Below are positions 8,090 to 11,076 of a DNA stretch of 11,076 bases, piece by piece; the stretch's first letter is position 1, and each line of letters opens with the position of its first letter. Source of the DNA: Octopus sinensis (Eukaryota); the NCBI RefSeq assembly GCF_006345805.1, contig NW_021827069.1, positions 1 through 11,076 on the forward strand. Direction: 5' to 3'. Made by a program: the position numbers and the translations under genes. The notes beneath the pieces were generated by a model. It searched no databases. It was not told the DNA's origin and saw only the letters and a program-made list of their open reading frames with translations.

Positions 8090-8460
8090 CAGACAAGCAG
8101 ATGGACGGACGGACGGGGGGACGGATGGTATGACGGGCGGAGAAACGGACGGATAGGCAGATAAACGTAAGGACGGTCAGCGGACAGATGTGCTGACAGA
8201 TAGATAGACGGGCAGACGTCCTTACAGACAGACAGACAAATGGAAAGATAGATGGACGGACGAACGAAGGGGCAGAAGGGCGGACGGACGAAGAGACGGC
8301 CAGACTGACAGACAGACAAACAGACGGACGAAGAGACGGCCACACTGACAGACAGACAAACAGACGGACAAACATACAGGCAGGGGACAGGGTGGTGCAT
8401 GTTGAAAAACAGACAGACAAGGACAGATGGACGGACAGACAAAAAGAGAGATAGACAAAA
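8090..8460. repeat. Degenerate (GACA/GACG/GATA)n tetranucleotide array with a 40-bp higher-order duplication
   Basis: 8283-8322 and 8323-8362 are identical except at one base, followed by a partial third unit. Confidence 0.9.
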
Positions 8461-8644
8461 GGGGGGAAAATGATGTAAGGAGGGCGAAAGATAAATGAAT
8501 AATTTTTTTTAAAGTAGAAAGAAAGAAAGGAAAATGGAAAAAGAAATAATTATTTTGAAGTCAGAAATTCCTTATGTATTTCTCATCCATGTACACAATG
8601 TGTATATAATCCCAAATATTTATCACTATTTATAATGTTATTAA

Positions 8645-8859
8645 GGCAGTGAACTGGTAGAATCGTATGCTCGCCGGGCAAAATGTTTTGCGGTATTTTG
8701 TTTCCTTACTTTCTGAGTTCAAATACCGTCGGTGTCGACTTTGCCTTTCATCCTTTCAGGGTCGATAAAATAAGTACCAGTTGAGTACTGAGCTCGATGT
8801 AATCGATTTGACCCGTCCCCGAAAATTTCAGGCCTTAGATGTTAGTAGAGAGGAATATT
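8645..8859 (+). mobile_element. SINE family C, copy C6 (tail type 3)
   Basis: Head ggcagtgaactggtagaatcg, B box gagttcaaat, central gtcgactttgcctttcatcctttcagggtcgataaaataagtaccag. Perfect 18-bp TSD TATTTATAATGTTATTAA at 8627-8644 and 8856-8873. Confidence 0.92.
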
Positions 8860-8873
8860 TATAATGTTATTAA

Positions 8874-9072
8874 GGCGAGGCACTCCAGACAAAATGTTCA
8901 GCGGAATTTCGTCCGTCTTGACGTTCTGAGTTCAAATTCTACCAAGGATGACTTTGCCTTTCATCTTTTCAGGGATCAATAAAATAATTACGAGTTGAAC
9001 ACTGTGGTTCATGTAATCGATTAGCTTCCTCCCCTGAAACTGCTGGTTATTGTCAAAATTTAAAACCAATAT
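8874..9072 (+). mobile_element. SINE family C, copy C7 (tail type 1, deletion in head)
   Basis: Colinear with C4; ends aaaatttaaaaccaatat. Confidence 0.88.
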
Positions 9073-9141
9073 ATATCAGTATTATTCAAATAGTATGAAT
9101 ACTATAGCTTTATACAACATTTATATATATATATATATATA

Positions 9142-9439
9142 AGTTTAAAACCGTATAGTAAATTCACAAACGAAAAACAGACACAGAATGGTACGTTTAA
9201 AAACATATGGTAAATGCATAGATGAACGGAAAATAGATGCAGAAGATTCCCAACTCCTCACCAGTTATCGGCCAGTGAGTCAAACGCAATTTCGTGCCTT
9301 TAACAATCATTGGCCGATAACTGATGAGTTGGGGGCCGTCTTTGTCTGTTTTCTGGTCGTCTGTGCCATTTACCATTTTTTTTTAACTTGCCATTTTGTG
9401 TTTGTTTTTCGTTTGTGCATATTCTATACGTTTTTAACT
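9142..9439. mobile_element. 298-bp foldback/MITE-like element with arms of about 135 bp
   Basis: 9142-9278 aligns with the reverse complement of 9307-9439 (roughly 80% identity; perfect blocks of 15 and 13 bp) around a 28-nt spacer. Flanked by TA on both sides. Confidence 0.8.
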
Positions 9440-9498
9440 TATTAATTAACAGAACGCAACGCACCCTTGGTTTTATTCACAGTAAGTTGTTTATATAT

Positions 9499-9646
9499 AT
9501 ATAGGCAAGGAAAAATTATAAAAAAGGCAGAATGCTAAATTGAAGGTAAATTTTAATGAAAATGGGTGTATGGAAATTTTTTTTTTTTTTTTTAAATTTT
9601 CCATTTTATTTAGCATTCTGCCTTTTTTAATTTTCCTTGCCTATAT
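9499..9646. mobile_element. 148-bp MITE-like foldback with TIRs of about 40 bp
   Basis: 9499-9540 vs 9608-9646: perfect 16-bp and 21-bp complementary blocks separated by a 3-nt indel. TA or ATAT flanks. Confidence 0.72.
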
Positions 9647-9683
9647 TCTCCACGTGCAGTGAACACAACCCCACCATTTATTG

Positions 9684-9686
<3 letters not shown>

Positions 9687-9735
<49 letters not shown>
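9687..9735. repeat. (TA)n microsatellite
   Basis: Directly visible. Confidence 0.98.
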
Positions 9736-9739
<4 letters not shown>

Positions 9740-10092
9740 TATAATTTAAACAAAATTAAGCTAAGGGAAATAACTCAAGTGGTCAGTTTCACTGGCCATT
9801 TCGGGTTATTTGCATAAGTCTTTGTACTTTAGCTACTGCAGATAAGGTCGTATGATTGGCGCGCTGATGATGGTTACTGAACAAGAAACGCATGATCACA
9901 ACCATCATCTCATCGCCAGGCAACGAATCAGTCCTTTTCCTTAATGGCACAGCAGTTTTGGAGAATCATGATTCTTGAAATTGTCTCTACTTCTTAAGCG
10001 GTGGTAACTATGAAACATCATCTGGAAGCGGAGATAATTTAAGTCAATCAAGAATTTGTGTTGCGTGGTATTTGACATACATGTGTTTGTTT

Positions 10093-10096
<4 letters not shown>

Positions 10097-10147
<51 letters not shown>
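10097..10147. repeat. (AT)n microsatellite at the 3' end of SINE copy A2
   Basis: Directly visible. Confidence 0.98.
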
Positions 10148-10150
<3 letters not shown>

Positions 10151-10437
10151 ACTCCCAACCCCACCATCGGTCGTGAATGACCATGGACTTGCACCTAGAA
10201 AGTAACCCCCCCCCCCACGAGGCACAAGTCCGAGTAAGGTTGCTTATGAAAGACTGACAGTCGACCATTCATACCAGCCTCCCCTCTCCACGCCAACGAT
10301 GTTATCCAAAGGAAATCCAAAGGCAATGGCTGATACAGCGTGACACCAATGACAAGTAACTCATTTCTACAGCTGATTAATAAAGTGTCTTGCTCAAGAA
10401 CACAACACAGCCCGGCCCGAGAATCGAACTCACTACC
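10148..10437 (-). mobile_element. SINE family A, copy A2 (A-box end missing)
   Basis: Minus strand gagttcgattctcgggccgggctgtgttgtgttcttgagcaagacactttatt...ggcgtggagaggggaggctggtatg...ctaggtgcaa is colinear with 1900-2160. Confidence 0.88.
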
Positions 10438-11076
10438 ACCTCAGATATAAGTGTTTTTTTATGTGTCTGCGTGTATGTGTGTATGATAGTATAAGTAAAC
10501 AGTATAATTGGTTAGTTATGCGTCCATTATTGCACTCTTTCACCACTGTGTCTGAGACAGCTTGCACAACATTACACCATCCCTCATTATCAAAGTAATT
10601 GAGACGAAAGGCAATTTTAACGAATGTTAAAAGCTCTCATAAAAGAGTTACCTCCTCCTAGAGAAATGCTTTAATAAAAATAAATACGTATTTCACTGTT
10701 TTTGCATGCCACCGGATACTAGGTCTGAATATCTAATTTTCTGTACTATCTTCCTTTCTTTCTTTCTAACATATTTCTATGTCTGTTTTTGTATCTCTCT
10801 CTTTTTCTCTCTCTCCTTTCCTCTTACTCTCCACAACACACACACAAATACGTATGTAAATATAAGATTTCATTGACAGCTATCCAACTTTATACTGAGT
10901 CCATCTTTAGGTTATTGTTCACACCTATGTCTGTAAAAATATTTTTACTACACACACATTCATATATATACATACATACATACAGGACTTTTATTTCTAG
11001 CAATGCTGGTGCTGACTAGCACCCTCAGTCACTTTAGTGACGAATATACTTTTCCGCCTTTCGGTTCAAATTACGA

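Noticed and set aside
3113-9072. CRISPR array or prokaryotic system from the recurring gtcgactttgcctttcatcc motif
   Set aside because: The repeats are dispersed, occur in both orientations, are about 220 bp long and have Pol III-type heads and TSDs. They are SINEs in eukaryotic DNA.
2385-11000. Recurrent degenerate (G/T)CTNTTTCTAG-like motif near 2401, 4810 and 10992 as an old repeat family
   Set aside because: Similarity between the three sites is too short and weak to support from this window alone.
300-11019. All ORFs in the supplied six-frame track as protein-coding genes
   Set aside because: Most are built on (TA)n, (GA)n, (CT)n, (TTA)n or (GACA)n (poly-YI, ER, LS, poly-I/L peptides) or run through SINEs and MITEs. 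None shows a recognisable domain.
11008-11041. Two adjacent 5-6 bp hairpins (GGTGCT/AGCACC, GTCAC/GTGAC)
   Set aside because: Too short, and the context is cut off by the window end.

Overview
AT-rich, microsatellite-dense eukaryotic non-coding DNA. The SINE families present match, from recollection, those of Octopus, so this is probably an octopus intron or intergenic region. No ORF in the supplied track looks like a real protein; the longer ones mostly come from (TA)n, (GA)n, (CT)n, (TTA)n or (GACA)n repeats. The window holds seven full copies (plus one head fragment) of one tRNA-derived SINE group with three interchangeable 3' tails, and several copies of two CORE-like tRNA-SINE families. 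It also holds a 3' fragment of an R4/Dong-type non-LTR retrotransposon flanked by (TAA)n, three MITE or foldback elements, and many short hairpins. Most notable: (1) a 298-bp foldback (9142-9439) whose arm-to-arm transitions are almost all G.U-compatible on the + strand (hand count 12:1); (2) a hotspot (2731-3663) where four SINE copies appear to have inserted at TATT-containing sites, two of them head-to-head at one palindromic AATATT. A few weak + strand exon candidates exist, but none has recognisable homology. All alignments and counts were done by eye.
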